Shown here in pieces: positions 11,010 to 21,992 of a stretch of 64,000 bases of DNA (position 1 is its first letter; each line of letters begins with the position of its first letter). Made by a program: the position numbers and the translations under genes. The stretch is taken from NCBI GenBank assembly GCA_963782815.1, contig CAWALG010000030.1, forward strand, positions 41,187 to 105,186, written 5' to 3'. The DNA is from an uncultured Acidobacteriota bacterium. GTDB taxonomy: Bacteria; Acidobacteriota; Thermoanaerobaculia; UBA5066; Gp7-AA6. The notes below the pieces were generated by a model, which had not been told where the DNA came from, did no database searches, and worked only from the letters and a program-made list of their open reading frames with translations.

Positions 11010-12158
11010 ATGACCCGTTTTCGATCAACACATGCCGCCCTCGCGCTGGCGATCCTGCTGATTTCAGCGGTCCTGGCGGCCGACACGGGCATGTTCTCCC
11101 TCTTTCCCTCGACCCTGCCGCGTGACCCGCTTCTGGCTCCCGAAATGGAGGAAACGGGATCGGGCCTCACATTCATGAAGGGCACCGTCCTGATCACCGG
11201 GACGGCGTCCGCGGAAGGCCCTCGGTTGGGCCTGCCTTTCTCGGATCGAGCCCAACTTGCCGTCGCGTCGCCGGTCAATCCGCCGGTCCTCCGCGTCAGG
11301 ACCGGGGCCGTTCCACCGGCCTGGAAGCCCGTTCTTACGGCGCTCACAGCGGGTTTGGCCGTCGGTTTCTCGGCCGGCAACTCCGTGAAGGAGGAAAGCT
11401 ATGAATACAACGGCTTTCACTTCACCAACGAGGGCTTCTTCGGGGGGCACACCTACACCGGGGGCGCGGACAAGGTCGCTCACTTCGTGGACTACAGCCT
11501 CGCGCAGGGAGCGCTTGCGAACACGTACCGGAGGATCGGCTACACCTCCGGGCAGTCCGGCTGGATCGGGTTCGCCACGGCGGCGGCGGCGGGCCTCGCG
11601 ACCGAAATCGGAGACGGGACCACGATCTTCGGGTTCTCATGGGAAGATTTCCTTGCGGACGCCCTCGGCGCGGCGACGGCCGCGGGGCTTTCGCAGAGCG
11701 GCTGGAACGATACGATCGGCTTCCGGTTCGGAAAGTTCTCCCAGGACCCGGCCCCATCCTGCTGCCCCGACCACACGAACATCGGAAGGGACTACTCCGG
11801 CGAGATCTACACCGCCGACCTCAAGATCGTGGGGCTCGCGCGCAGGCTCAGGCTCGACCCGGGGCCCGCGCGGTTCCTCCTCCTGTCGGCGACCTACGGA
11901 ACCAACGGCTACAGGCTCGTCGCTTCGGAGCTGCGCCAGCGTCTGGTCGGCCTGGAGATCGGCGTGAACTTCTCGGAGATCTTTCGCAGCCTCGGCGTCC
12001 CGAGCGAGCCGCTCTGGGGCGAGGTTTTCTACTACTTCCTCGACAGCTTCCGCATCCCCTACACGGCGATCGGCGTCCGCTACGACGTGAACAACCACGA
12101 GTGGTTCGGTCCGACCGCCGGCCGCACGCGTTTTCGCGTCCCGGCCGGCTCCCGGTGA
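11010..12158 (+). CDS. hypothetical exported protein
   Basis: Intact 382-aa ORF with signal-like N-terminus MTRFRSTHAALALAILLISAVLAA. The GGADKVAHFVDYS motif is reminiscent of DUF2279-type lipoproteins, but this is a weak recollection. Confidence 0.6.
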   Translation: MTRFRSTHAALALAILLISAVLAADTGMFSLFPSTLPRDPLLAPEMEETGSGLTFMKGTVLITGTASAEGPRLGLPFSDRAQLAVASPVNPPVLRVRTGAVPPAWKPVLTALTAGLAVGFSAGNSVKEESYEYNGFHFTNEGFFGGHTYTGGADKVAHFVDYSLAQGALANTYRRIGYTSGQSGWIGFATAAAAGLATEIGDGTTIFGFSWEDFLADALGAATAAGLSQSGWNDTIGFRFGKFSQDPAPSCCPDHTNIGRDYSGEIYTADLKIVGLARRLRLDPGPARFLLLSATYGTNGYRLVASELRQRLVGLEIGVNFSEIFRSLGVPSEPLWGEVFYYFLDSFRIPYTAIGVRYDVNNHEWFGPTAGRTRFRVPAGSR

Positions 12159-12288
12159 CCGCGGCCATCTCGGGCCCGTCGAGATACGAATTGCCCGGGA
12201 AAGCGACGGCGAATCTTCCTCCGGCCGGTTACGTATAGTGAGCCGGACCTTCACAAAGGGATCGCAGACTTCAACGGAAGGATGCCTC

Positions 12289-14435
12289 ATGAAACGCACC
12301 GCCATGGTTCCGCTTGCCGTGATTGCGAGCCTGTTCGCCTCCCTCGGGGTTGCCGCGGCGCGGCAGGCCCCGGCGGCGCCCGCTCCGGCCGCCGGGTCGA
12401 ATCCGTTCTTTGCCGCCAGCCCGCTCCCTTACCAGGCGCCCCCCTTCGACAGGATCAAGGAGAGCGACTATCAGCCGGCGATCGAGGAAGGGATGAAGCG
12501 GCAGCTCGCCGAGATCGACGCGATCGCGAGCAACCCGGAGCCGCCGACCTTCGCCAACACACTGGAGGCCATGGAGCGCACGGGCGAGCTCCTGACGCGC
12601 GTGGCCAAGGTCTTCTTCGGCCTCACCCAGTCCAACACCAGCGAGACGATGCAGAAGATCAAGGCGGAGGTGGCGCCGAAGCTCGCGGCGCACCAGGACG
12701 CCATCTTCCTCAACGCGAAGCTCTTCGCGCGGGTCAAGGCTCTCTACGATCGGCGCGAAACGCTCGGTCTCGATCCGGAATCCCGGTACCTCGTCGAACG
12801 CTTCTGGTTGAACTTCGTCCGCGCCGGCGCGCAGCTCTCCGAGGCCGACAAGACGACCCTTCGCGCGTTGAACCAGGAGGAGGCGAAGCTGACGACCGAG
12901 TTCACGGAAAAGGTGCTGGCCGACACCAACGAGTCCGCGGTCGTTGTCGACGACAGGGGAGAGCTGTCCGGCCTCGGCGAAGGAGGCGTTGCCGCCGCGG
13001 CCGAGAAGGCGAAGGAGCGGAAACTGGCCGGCAAGTGGGTGCTCACCCTCCAGAACACGACGCAGCAGCCCGCGCTCGCCTCCCTGGCGAACCGGGCTCT
13101 TCGCGAGCGTCTGTTCCAGGCCTCGGCGCTGCGTTGCAATCACGGCGGCGGCAACGACACGAAGGCGATCGTCGCCCGCCTCGCGGAGCTTCGGGCGCAG
13201 CGCGCGAAGCTCCTGGGTTACGCCAATTACGCGGCGTTCACGCTGGACGACCAGATGGCGAAGACGCCGCAGAACGCGGAGAAGCTGATGACGGGCCTCG
13301 TGCCGGCGGCGACCGCGAAGGCGCGCGGGGAGGCGGCCCGGATGCAGAAGCTGATCGACGCGGAGAAGGGAGCCTTCCCGCTCGGCGCGGCGGACTGGGA
13401 CTTCTACGCCGAGAAGGTCCGCAAGGCCGAGTACGATCTCGACGAGTCGCAGGTCGCGCCGTACTTCGAGCTCGATCGCGTGCTCCGCGACGGAGTCTTC
13501 TTCGCCGCGAACAAGCTCTACGGCATCACCTTCCAGGAGCGCAAGGACATCCCCGTCTACCAGCCCGATGTGCGCGTCTTCGAGGTGTTCGACGCCGACG
13601 GCAAGTCCCTGGCGCTCTACTACGGCGACTACTTCTCCCGCTCGAACAAGAGCGGCGGCGCCTGGCAGGACAGCTTCGTGGACCAGAGCCATCTCCTCGG
13701 GACGAAGCCGGCGGTCTACAACGTGACGAACTTCACCAGGCCCGCCGCGGGGCAGCCGGCGCTGATCTCCTTCGGCGACGTGACAACGCTCTTCCATGAG
13801 TTCGGGCACGCGCTGCACGCCATGTTCGCGAGCGTCCGGTACCCGACGCTCTTGAACGTGCCGCGCGACTTCGTCGAGTTCCCGTCGCAGATCAACGAGC
13901 ACTGGGCGCTCGAGCCGTCGGTCCTCGCCAACTACGCGAAGCACTACCAGACCGGCAAGCCGATGCCGCAGGCGCTCGTGGACAAGATCAAGAAGTCCCG
14001 CACGTTCAACCAGGGCTACAAGACGACGGAATATCTCGCGTCCGCCCTTCTCGACATGGCCTGGCACGAGCTGCCCGCCGGAGCGCCGAAACAGGACGTC
14101 AACGCCTTCGAGCGCTCATCGCTGCAGCGATTCGAGGTGGAGCTGCCGCAGGTGCCGCCGCGCTACCACACGACCTATTTCTCGCACATCTGGCAGGGCA
14201 GCTACGCGGCCGGCTACTACGCGTACCTCTGGAGCGAGGTCATCGACGACGACGCCTACTACTGGTTCAAGGAGAACGGCGGCATGACCCGCGAGAACGG
14301 AAAGCGCTTCCGCGAGATGATCCTCTCCGCGGCGGCACGCAGGAAGCCGCCGCGCTCTACCGCGCGTTCCGCGGCCGCGACCCGAAGGTCGAGCCCCTGA
14401 TCGAGGAGCGCGGCCTCCAGCCGGCGGGGAAGTAA
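12289..14435 (+). CDS. dcp: peptidyl-dipeptidase Dcp (M3 metallopeptidase), apparent frameshift near 14335
   Basis: ATG at 12289 follows ggaagga. The signal peptide is [24 protein letters not shown]. The HEFGH zinc motif is [10 protein letters not shown]. The tail ...RFREMILS switches frame to ...[30 protein letters not shown], with TAA at 14433-14435. Confidence 0.9.
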
Positions 14436-14444
14436 GGCTCGGGG

Positions 14445-17025
14445 CTACTTCACGCCTTCCACGAGGAAGAGGTGGGAGAGCTGGTATCCGAACGAGTAGG
14501 CGTAGCTTTTCCCGTCGTCCGAAAGGGCGAAGGTCCCGATCCGCAGGGCGCCGGCGGTCTCGGCGCCGCCGAACGTGACCAACGGCTCCCTCCGGCCCGT
14601 CGCGAGGTCGAGCTTCTCGCCATGCACGGGTATCTGGGGGCCTCGGAACACGATGATCGAGCGGCCGTCTGAGCCCCACCGGAGGGCCTGGTCCTCGGGT
14701 GTCGTTCCGGGCACGGTCCTTGGCGCTCCGCCTCCCGACGGGTAGATCTCGAGACTCCCGGCGCTGCCCCGGACGAGGATCGAGCCTCCGTCGGGCGAGA
14801 CGAAGCCGCGGCTCGTCCCCTCCGGCGTCACGGGACGCGGCTTGCCCCCCGAGATCTCCTGGACGTAGCACCGGACGGCGCGTCCGGTCTCGGCGCCGCA
14901 CACGAGAAGGCGGCGGCCGTCCGGGAAGAACTGCGCCGCCTCGTAGCTGACGATGCCGCCGGAATCGAGCCGGCGCTTCTCTCCCGCGCCCGTGGGGTAG
15001 AGAACGAGCTGAGCGGGCGACGCCGGCACGATGGTCAGGGCCCACTTCCCGTCCGGCGACAGGTCCGCGCCGGCCCCCTCGCCCAGCCGCACGACGGCGG
15101 ACCCGTCCGTGCCGCGCAGGCACACCGCGTAGTTGGCGCCGACGGACCCGCTCTCCTCGGTGAAGAGGAGCGTCTTTCCGTCGGCGGAGAGCGCGTTCGG
15201 ATCGGAGAGGTCGAGCCAGGAGAGATCTCGCTCGGCTTGTTCTTCGCGCGCCTTGCCGAACATCTTCCGGAAGAGGTCGTCCCGGGTGGCGAGCCACCGG
15301 CCGTCGGGACGGATGTCCTGGATCGTCGAGCCCTCCGGCGCTCTCGATCGCGGTCCGCCGCCGGCCCGAGAGCGTGACGGCGTAGACCGCGAAGTTGTTG
15401 TAGGCCCTGCCGGCGGAGAAGAGCACTTCCTCGCCGCTCGGCGACCAGGCAAGCCCCTCCTCTCCCCAGTACCCCTCGGAGAGCACGGTCCGCTTGCCCG
15501 AGAGGTCCACGACGGCGACGAGGCCGCGGTCGTCGTACTTCAACGGGTGCTCGAAGAACGCGATGCGGTCCCCCTTCGGCGAGAATCGCAGGTCGCTCAT
15601 GTACCCGCTCGCTTCGCAGAGGACCTTCCCGACGGGAAACTCCAGCCTGTCCTTCCCGCCGACGTCTCGGATGATGGCCAGGTCCGCGCCGTCGGGCGAC
15701 CAGTCGGCTTCGCGGACACCCTCCAGGATCTCTCGCGGGGCCGCCCCCTCGACCGGCATCCGCGCGAGCGTGCCGTTGAAGAGATTGTGCGCGACGTAGC
15801 GGGCGCGCGTCAGGACGGCAAGCTCGCCCCTCGAAGAGATCGAAAGCAGATGGATGTCGGAGAGTCCGCGGGCGTTGGCCCCCGGAAAGTCGGGACGCAG
15901 CGAGAAGATCTCGGGAACGCTCCCCTGGATCGCCGCGCTGAAGACGATCTTTCCGTCCGGCGCGAAGCGCGCCTTGAAGATCGGCTGCTGCCGGAACGTC
16001 AGCTGCGAGAAGGAGGGCCCGGCCGGCGCCCTGCTCCTCTCTATTCGACGTCCGGCGATGTAGGCCGCCGCGACGGCCGCCGCGAGGACCGCCACCGCCA
16101 CTCCGACGAGAACGCCGCGCCGCGAAGGGGCGGGTTTCGCGGCGACGGACCGAATCCCGGGCGCCGAGAGCCCGGACAATGACTCCAGATCGAAGGCGAG
16201 GTCGCGCGCGGATTGGAACCGCTGCTCGGGGTTCTTCTCGAGGCAGTGGCGCAGGACCCTGTCGAGGCCCGGCGGGAGATTCTGGTTGGTCAGCGAGAGA
16301 TCGGGCGGATCCTCCCTCAGGATCGCGGACATCGTGTCCGCGGCGGAGTCTCCGTGGAACGCGCGGTTGCCCGAGAGCATCTCGTAGAGGATCGCGCCGA
16401 AGGAGAAGAGGTCGCTGCGGGCGTCGGCCGGCCTTCCGCGCACCTGCTCCGGCGCCATGTAGCCGATCGTTCCGAGGACGACTCCCGGCTCGGTCCCGGC
16501 CGTCGCGGTCGGCAGATTCGTCTTCTCGCGCGCGCCCTCTTCGGTGTGCGTCAGCTTCGCGAGGCCGAAGTCGAGGATCTTCAACCGCCCGTCCTTCGTG
16601 ACGAAGAGGTTCTCCGGCTTCAGGTCGCGGTGGACGATCCCCTTCTCGTGCGCCGCGGCAAGCCCGTGCGCCATCTGGAGCGCGTAGTCGATCGCCTTGC
16701 GCGGCGAGAGCCTTCCGCCGGCGAGGGCCGCGCGCAGCGTCTCACCTTCCAGAAGCTCGCTGACGACGTACGGCGCCCCTTCATGAGAGCCGATGTCGTA
16801 GACCGCCGTGATGTTGGGATGATTGAGCAGCCCCGCCGCCTTCGCCTCCTGCTCGAACCGCCGCAGCCGGTCCGCGTCGTTGGAGAAGGAGGCCGGCAAA
16901 ACCTTAATCGCCACCTCGCGAGAGAGCCGAGAGTCCCGTGCGCGATACACCTCACCCATCCCTCCGGCGCCGAGGGAAGAGAGGACCTCATATGGACCAA
17001 GCTTGCTGCCGGCCGGGATCGTCAT
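14445..17025 (-). CDS. Ser/Thr protein kinase fused to beta-propeller (apparent frameshift near 15350)
   Basis: [47 protein letters not shown] and APEQ are in ORF 14116..17025. The C-terminal propeller part, ending ...HLFLVEGVK, is in ORF 14445..15452. Confidence 0.85.
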
Positions 17026-17072
17026 CTCAAGCTTCTTGCCGCGAAGAGACTCATCTCAGATTGCCTCGAAGC

Positions 17073-19641
17073 TCATCTTGCTCCCTCGACCACGAAGAGA
17101 TGAGAGATCTCCTGCCAATAGTTATAGACATAGACGCTCGGATCATCCGCGAGGGAAATGGAGAAAATGCCGAGAAGCCCCGCCGCATCCTTCGGGGCGA
17201 GCTTCTCCATCAGTTCGCGGCGCCCGGTCTGGAGGTCGAAACGCTCGACCTGGGCCGGGACCTCGGCCCTGCGTCGGATCCAGAGCGATCGGCCGTCGGG
17301 ACTCCAGCGGATGACGAGGTCTTCCCCAGTCAGATCGAGGGGGACCGGCGGCCCGCCGGCGAGCGGATAGAGGGCCCATCGCCCGGCGTTCCGCGCCAGA
17401 ACGAGGCGGCCGTCGGGCGACGGGAGGCCGAAGCTCGCCCCTTCCGGTGTGACCGGGCGGGACGCGCCCCCGGACGCCGGTTGCTCGTAACACCGTGCGG
17501 CGCGCCCGGGCTCGTGCCCGCAGACGAGCAATCTCTGTCCATCGGGGAACCACGCCGCAGATTCATAACTTTCCAGATTGCCCCGCTCCAATTGACGCGC
17601 CTCGCCCGGGCCCGTCGGATAGAGGCGCAGGTAGGGTGGGGAAGCCGGAACCCAGGCAACCGCCCGGGAGCCGTCCGGCGAAAGATCCGCCGCTCTGCCT
17701 TCGCCGAGCCGGACCACCGGCGACCCGTCGGTCTTCCGAATGCAGACCATGTAGTTCGGGCCCGCCGACTCACTCTCGTCGGTGAAGAGCAGCGTCTTTC
17801 CGTCGCGGGAGAGGATCGGAGCCAGAGAGTTGCCGAGCCAGGAGAGGTCCCGCTCCGTGTTCTCGCCCGGCGCCTTCACCAGGAAGCCCGTCCTCAGATC
17901 GTCGCGAGTGACGAGCCAGCGTCCGTCGCGCGAAACATCCTGGATCGTCACTCCGCCGGCGCTCTCGAGCACGACACGCTTCCGGCCCGAGAGCGTCACT
18001 GCCTGGACCTGGAAGCTGGAATAGTTCTCCCCGCCCGAGAAAAGAACTTCTTCTCCGTTTGGCGCCCAGGCCAGGCCCTCTTCGCTTCCGTAGTCGCCGG
18101 AAAGGACGGTTTTCTTTCCCGCGCGGTCGACGACGGCCACGGTCCCCCGGTCGTCGTAGCGGATCGGGTGGTCGAAGAAGGCGATCCGATCCCCCCTGGG
18201 CGAGACGCGAACGTCGCTGACATAACCGCCGGTCTGGTAGAGAACCGTTCCGATCGGGAACTCCAGGCGATCTTTTCCCTCGACTTCCCGGATGATCGCG
18301 ATACTCGAGCCGTCGGGGGACCAGTCCGCCTCGCGGACGTTCTCGACAACCTCGCGCGGCGCTCCGCCTCCCAGAGCCATTCGCGCGAGCGTGCCCGTGA
18401 AGAACCGATGGTTGATCCACTTCGCCCGCGTGAGAAGCAGAAGCTCTCCCTGTGACGAAACGGACAACAGATGCGTCTGGGCAAGTCCCAGGGGCCGCGA
18501 CTCCGGGTATTCGGGCCGGATGGAGAAGAGCTCCGGAACGTTTCGCTCGAGGGCCGAGCTGTAGACGATCGTCTTGCCGTCCGGAGCGAAGCGCGCGACG
18601 AAGATGATCTGTGGCTGGAAGGTCTTTCGGGCGAACGTGACCGGCGTCCGTTCCTTCGGGGCATGGGAGAGTCGGCCGGCGAAGTAGGCAACCGCCAGCG
18701 CGGCGAGAGCGAGCGCCGCGAACAGGACTCCGCGCGCCGCACCGGCCTTGCGCGCCCCGGCCGCCGGCATCGGCCGCTCCGGAGACGAAATGCCCGACAG
18801 CTCCCCGAGATCGAAAGCGAGGTCGTGCGCCGAGTGGAAGCGCTGCTCGGGGCTCTTCTCGAGGCAGTGGCGGACGATCCGGTCGAGTCCCGGCGAGATG
18901 TTCTGGTTGGTGAGCGAGAGATCCGGCGGATCCTCCCGCAGGATCGCCGACATCGTCTCGGCCGCCGAGTCGGCGTGGAAGGCGCGCCGGCCCGAGAGCA
19001 TCTCGTAGAGGATCGCGCCGAAGGAAAAGATGTCGGAACGGGCGTCGGCGGGCTTGCCCTTCACCTGCTCAGGCGACATGTAGCCCAGAGTGCCGAGCAC
19101 GACGCCCGGCTCGGTGCCTGCGGTCGCCGTCGGCAGATTCGTGACCTGGCTTCCCTCCTCCGTGCGCGTCAGCTTGGCCAGGCCGAAGTCGAGGATCTTG
19201 ATCCGGCCGTCCCTCGTGACGAAGAGGTTCTCGGGCTTCAGGTCGCGGTGGACGATCCCCTTCTCGTGCGCGGCGGCCAGGCCCTGCGCGATCTGCCGGG
19301 CGCAGTCGAGCGCCTTGCGGAGAGAGAAGCGCCCGCCGGCGAGCGTCGAGCGCAACGTCTCGCCTTCGAGCAGCTCCTGCACGACGTAGGGCGCGCCGTC
19401 ATGAGTCCCGATGTCGTAAACGGCCGTGATGTTGGGATGATTCAGGAGTCCCGCCGCCTTGGCCTCCTGCTCGAACCGCCGCAGTCTTTCCGCGTCCGCC
19501 GAGAGGGAGGCCGGCAGAACCTTGATTGCGACCTCGCGTGCCGAGTCGCGAATCCCGCGCCCGATACACCTCTCCCATCCCTCCCGCGCCGAGCGGCGAC
19601 ACGATCTCGTAGGGACCCAGACGGGTTCCGGCGCTGATCAC
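17073..19641 (-). CDS. Ser/Thr protein kinase fused to beta-propeller (2 apparent frameshifts near 19545 and 19390)
   Basis: GTG at 19641 gives [33 protein letters not shown] (ORF 19399..19641). The kinase core and propeller are in ORF 17073..19382 ([15 protein letters not shown]; ends ...HLFVVEGAR). It is a close paralog of 14445..17025. Confidence 0.85.
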
Positions 19642-19666
19642 AAATCACCAATCACAAATCACAAAT
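19639..19666. repeat. Heptanucleotide tandem repeat (cacaaat/caccaat) x4 abutting the kinase start codon
   Basis: cacaaat caccaat cacaaat cacaaat at 19639-19666. On the coding strand this reads ATTTGTG ATTTGTG ATTGGTG ATTTGTG, and the last GTG is the annotated start. Confidence 0.9.
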
Positions 19667-19703
19667 GACCTGTCTCGCGCCGGAGAAGCGCGAGGCGGCA
19701 GCC

Positions 19704-20131
19704 TCATCCGAGGATGGAAGAGTTGTAGTCCTGGCCGTAGCAGGCCACGAGCAGCTCGCGGCTGCCGGCGGGGCGCAGACGCGGGTCGTCGGTGTTCGTT
19801 CCGCGGATGACGCGGACCGCGCGGATGCGGCTCGTCACGACGCGGTTGCCGAACTCCAGGCGCAGCCCGCAGGCGGCGACGATGTCGTGCTTGATGACGC
19901 TGCCCCCCAGGTGCAGCCGGAGATCGAGAGCCGGACCGGGGAAACGCCCTGGCGGTCGAACCATCCGCCCCAGACGCTGTAGGTCGAGTCGCCCAGGACG
20001 CTGATGCAGTAGACGGAGTTCTCGGTCGCGACGACGACGCGGTCTCCGCGCCGCAACTCGGACTTCTGGACCGGCTGGGAAAGCCGGCCCTGGTCCAGGA
20101 TGGCGTTTACCGTCCTCGCGCGGGCGATCAT
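19704..20131 (-). CDS. hypothetical protein (apparent frameshift near 19945)
   Basis: ORF 19835..20131 (MIARARTVNAILDQGRLSQPVQKSELRRGDRVVVATENSVYCISVLGDSTYSVWGGWFDRQG) continues sensibly in ORF 19704..19964 (...LHLGGSVIKHDIVAACGLRLEFGNRVVTSRIRAVRVIRGTNTDDP...). No family recognised. Confidence 0.5.
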
Positions 20132-20192
20132 GCTGTCGGGCTCAATTCTCCCTCAAATCGGCTGGAAGGATTCTATCCATTAGCATTCACCC

Positions 20193-21161
20193 ATGCGACT
20201 CCCGCTGCTCTTCGGAACGGCCGCGGCGTTCGCCGGATTCCTGGGACCGGCGGCCGGCGCGCCGGCTGCCGGCCCGCCCCCGATGCAGAAGCGCCTGGAG
20301 ACGATGGTCCGGACTTTTCCCGGCACGCTCGGCGTGGCCGTCAGGAACCTGGACACGGGCGAGGCCTTCGCCGTCAACGGCGACATGCGGTTTCCGACGG
20401 CGAGCCTGATCAAGGTCGCGGTCATGGTCGAGACGTACCACCAGATCGCGGAGGGGAAATTCGGTGCCGAAACGGCCGTGACGCTCGCCGAATCCGACAA
20501 GGCCGGGGACGAACCGGTGGTCCTGAACCAGCTCCACCCCGGAATTTCCCTGACGGTGTCGGACCTGCTCGCCCTGATGATCGCCTTCTCCGACAACACC
20601 GCGACGAACCTCCTCGTGCGCCGGGTCGGCGCCGCCAACGTGGACGCGCGGATGGCCGCCTACGGGCTGCCGAACACGAAGATCTTCCGCCCCACCTTCC
20701 GGGACGGGCATGCCGACGTCTTCCCGGAGGAGGAGAAGGAGTTCGGCCTCGGCATGACGACGCCCAAAGAGATCGCGCGCCTGATGGAGCTGATCGCGGA
20801 GGGGAAGGTGGTCAGCCGCGCCGCATGCGACGAGATGCTCGGGACCCTCGAGAAGCAGCAGGACCGGGCCATGATCCCGCGGTCGCTCCCGTTCGACAGG
20901 GACAAGATCGCCGTCGCCAACAAGACCGGCTGGGACGAGGAGAAGCTTCCCGACGCGAAGGGGTTCAAGGGCGATGTTCGCAGCGACGCGGCGTACGTCA
21001 AGAGCCCGAAGGCCCGCTACGTCATCGCCATCTGCGCCCGCCGGGTCAAGGACAAGAGCCCCACCGTGGACAACCAGGCCCTCGTCACGGGCGCCGCCCT
21101 CTCCCGGATCGTCTACGACTACTTCAACGATTCCGGCCGCCGCTCCAACCGGCGTCCGTAG
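20193..21161 (+). CDS. class A beta-lactamase-family serine hydrolase
   Basis: Intact ORF with a signal peptide. It has SxxK (TASLIK), SDN (FSDNTATN) and KTG (ANKTGW) motifs. Confidence 0.85.
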   Translation: MRLPLLFGTAAAFAGFLGPAAGAPAAGPPPMQKRLETMVRTFPGTLGVAVRNLDTGEAFAVNGDMRFPTASLIKVAVMVETYHQIAEGKFGAETAVTLAESDKAGDEPVVLNQLHPGISLTVSDLLALMIAFSDNTATNLLVRRVGAANVDARMAAYGLPNTKIFRPTFRDGHADVFPEEEKEFGLGMTTPKEIARLMELIAEGKVVSRAACDEMLGTLEKQQDRAMIPRSLPFDRDKIAVANKTGWDEEKLPDAKGFKGDVRSDAAYVKSPKARYVIAICARRVKDKSPTVDNQALVTGAALSRIVYDYFNDSGRRSNRRP

Positions 21162-21269
21162 GCGACCTCGCGGATCTGCTCCCAGCTCGCGCCGTCAAGC
21201 TCGGGCCGCAGGCCGCGGCCCCAAACGACCTCTTGAACCATCGACGACGCGCTGCTTTCCCCGGACAGC

Positions 21270-21719
21270 CTATGAGAGAGGGTCGCGAACGCGGAGACCG
21301 CCAAAACCGACGAAGCGGCTGTCGTGAGTCCAGATTTCGACCGCTCCGTTGTCGAACGCAGTCAGGCCGATCTGGAGATCGAAGATCCGCGGGCCCTGGA
21401 TGCGCAGCTCTCCCGCCAGCCGCAGGAGCCGATCCCAGAAGCCTTCGCGCGCCGTCCAGAGTTGGGCGCCGGCCTCGGTGATCAACGAGTCCAGGAACCC
21501 GTGGGCCTGCCGCGCTGTCGAGGCGCCGCCGACGCTTTGAGGATGGGTGACGATCGCCCAGAACTCGGCGATGCTCGGGAGCGCGATACCCCAGCCGCGC
21601 GGGTCGCGGCTGGCCTCCTCGATCGCGTGGCGAGCGGCCCGGTGCTCCGGCTGGGAGGCCCGGTGAGCGTAGATCAGAAGGTTCGTGTCGATGGCGATCA
21701 ACGCTCCTCCCGGATCCAT
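21270..21719 (-). CDS. vapC: PIN-domain toxin VapC
   Basis: The internal ATG at 21719 gives MDPGGALIAIDTNLLIYAH..., a typical PIN N-terminus. It overlaps the 3' end of the upstream antitoxin gene. Confidence 0.8.
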   Translation of the reverse strand: MDPGGALIAIDTNLLIYAHRASQPEHRAARHAIEEASRDPRGWGIALPSIAEFWAIVTHPQSVGGASTARQAHGFLDSLITEAGAQLWTAREGFWDRLLRLAGELRIQGPRIFDLQIGLTAFDNGAVEIWTHDSRFVGFGGLRVRDPLS

Positions 21720-21943
21720 GCATGCATGCGGGCGCGGTCCCGGATATCCACGCCGGGAGGCAGCCCTCCCTTTGCGGTTACCCACCGGATCGGCCGATGT
21801 CGGGACCGGCGGCCTCCCGTGGGTTGCGCAAGTTCCCGGCGCAGGCTTCGTTCGAACACCTCGCGCAGCGTCTTCCGAGACTCGGCCGCCAGCTTCTTGG
21901 CCGCGATGAGCAGTTCGTCCGGAAGATCGACCGTCGTTCTCAT
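21698..21943 (-). CDS. vapB: type II antitoxin (VapB-like)
   Basis: MRTTVDLPDELLIAAKKLAAESRKTLREVFERSLRREL is a typical VapB-type N-terminus. The 22-nt overlap with vapC is a classic TA arrangement. Confidence 0.75.
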   Translation of the reverse strand: MRTTVDLPDELLIAAKKLAAESRKTLREVFERSLRRELAQPTGGRRSRHRPIRWVTAKGGLPPGVDIRDRARMHAWIREER

Positions 21944-21992
21944 ATGGGAAAGCATTTTAACATAAATATGTGTGCAGGCAGTTCAGTTAGAA

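Noticed and set aside
20193-21161. Calling the class A beta-lactamase-family gene an antibiotic-resistance determinant, or linking it functionally to the adjacent VapBC
   Set aside because: Active-site motifs support only family membership, and many such proteins are not clinically relevant lactamases. Adjacency to vapBC is convergent and shows no operon structure.
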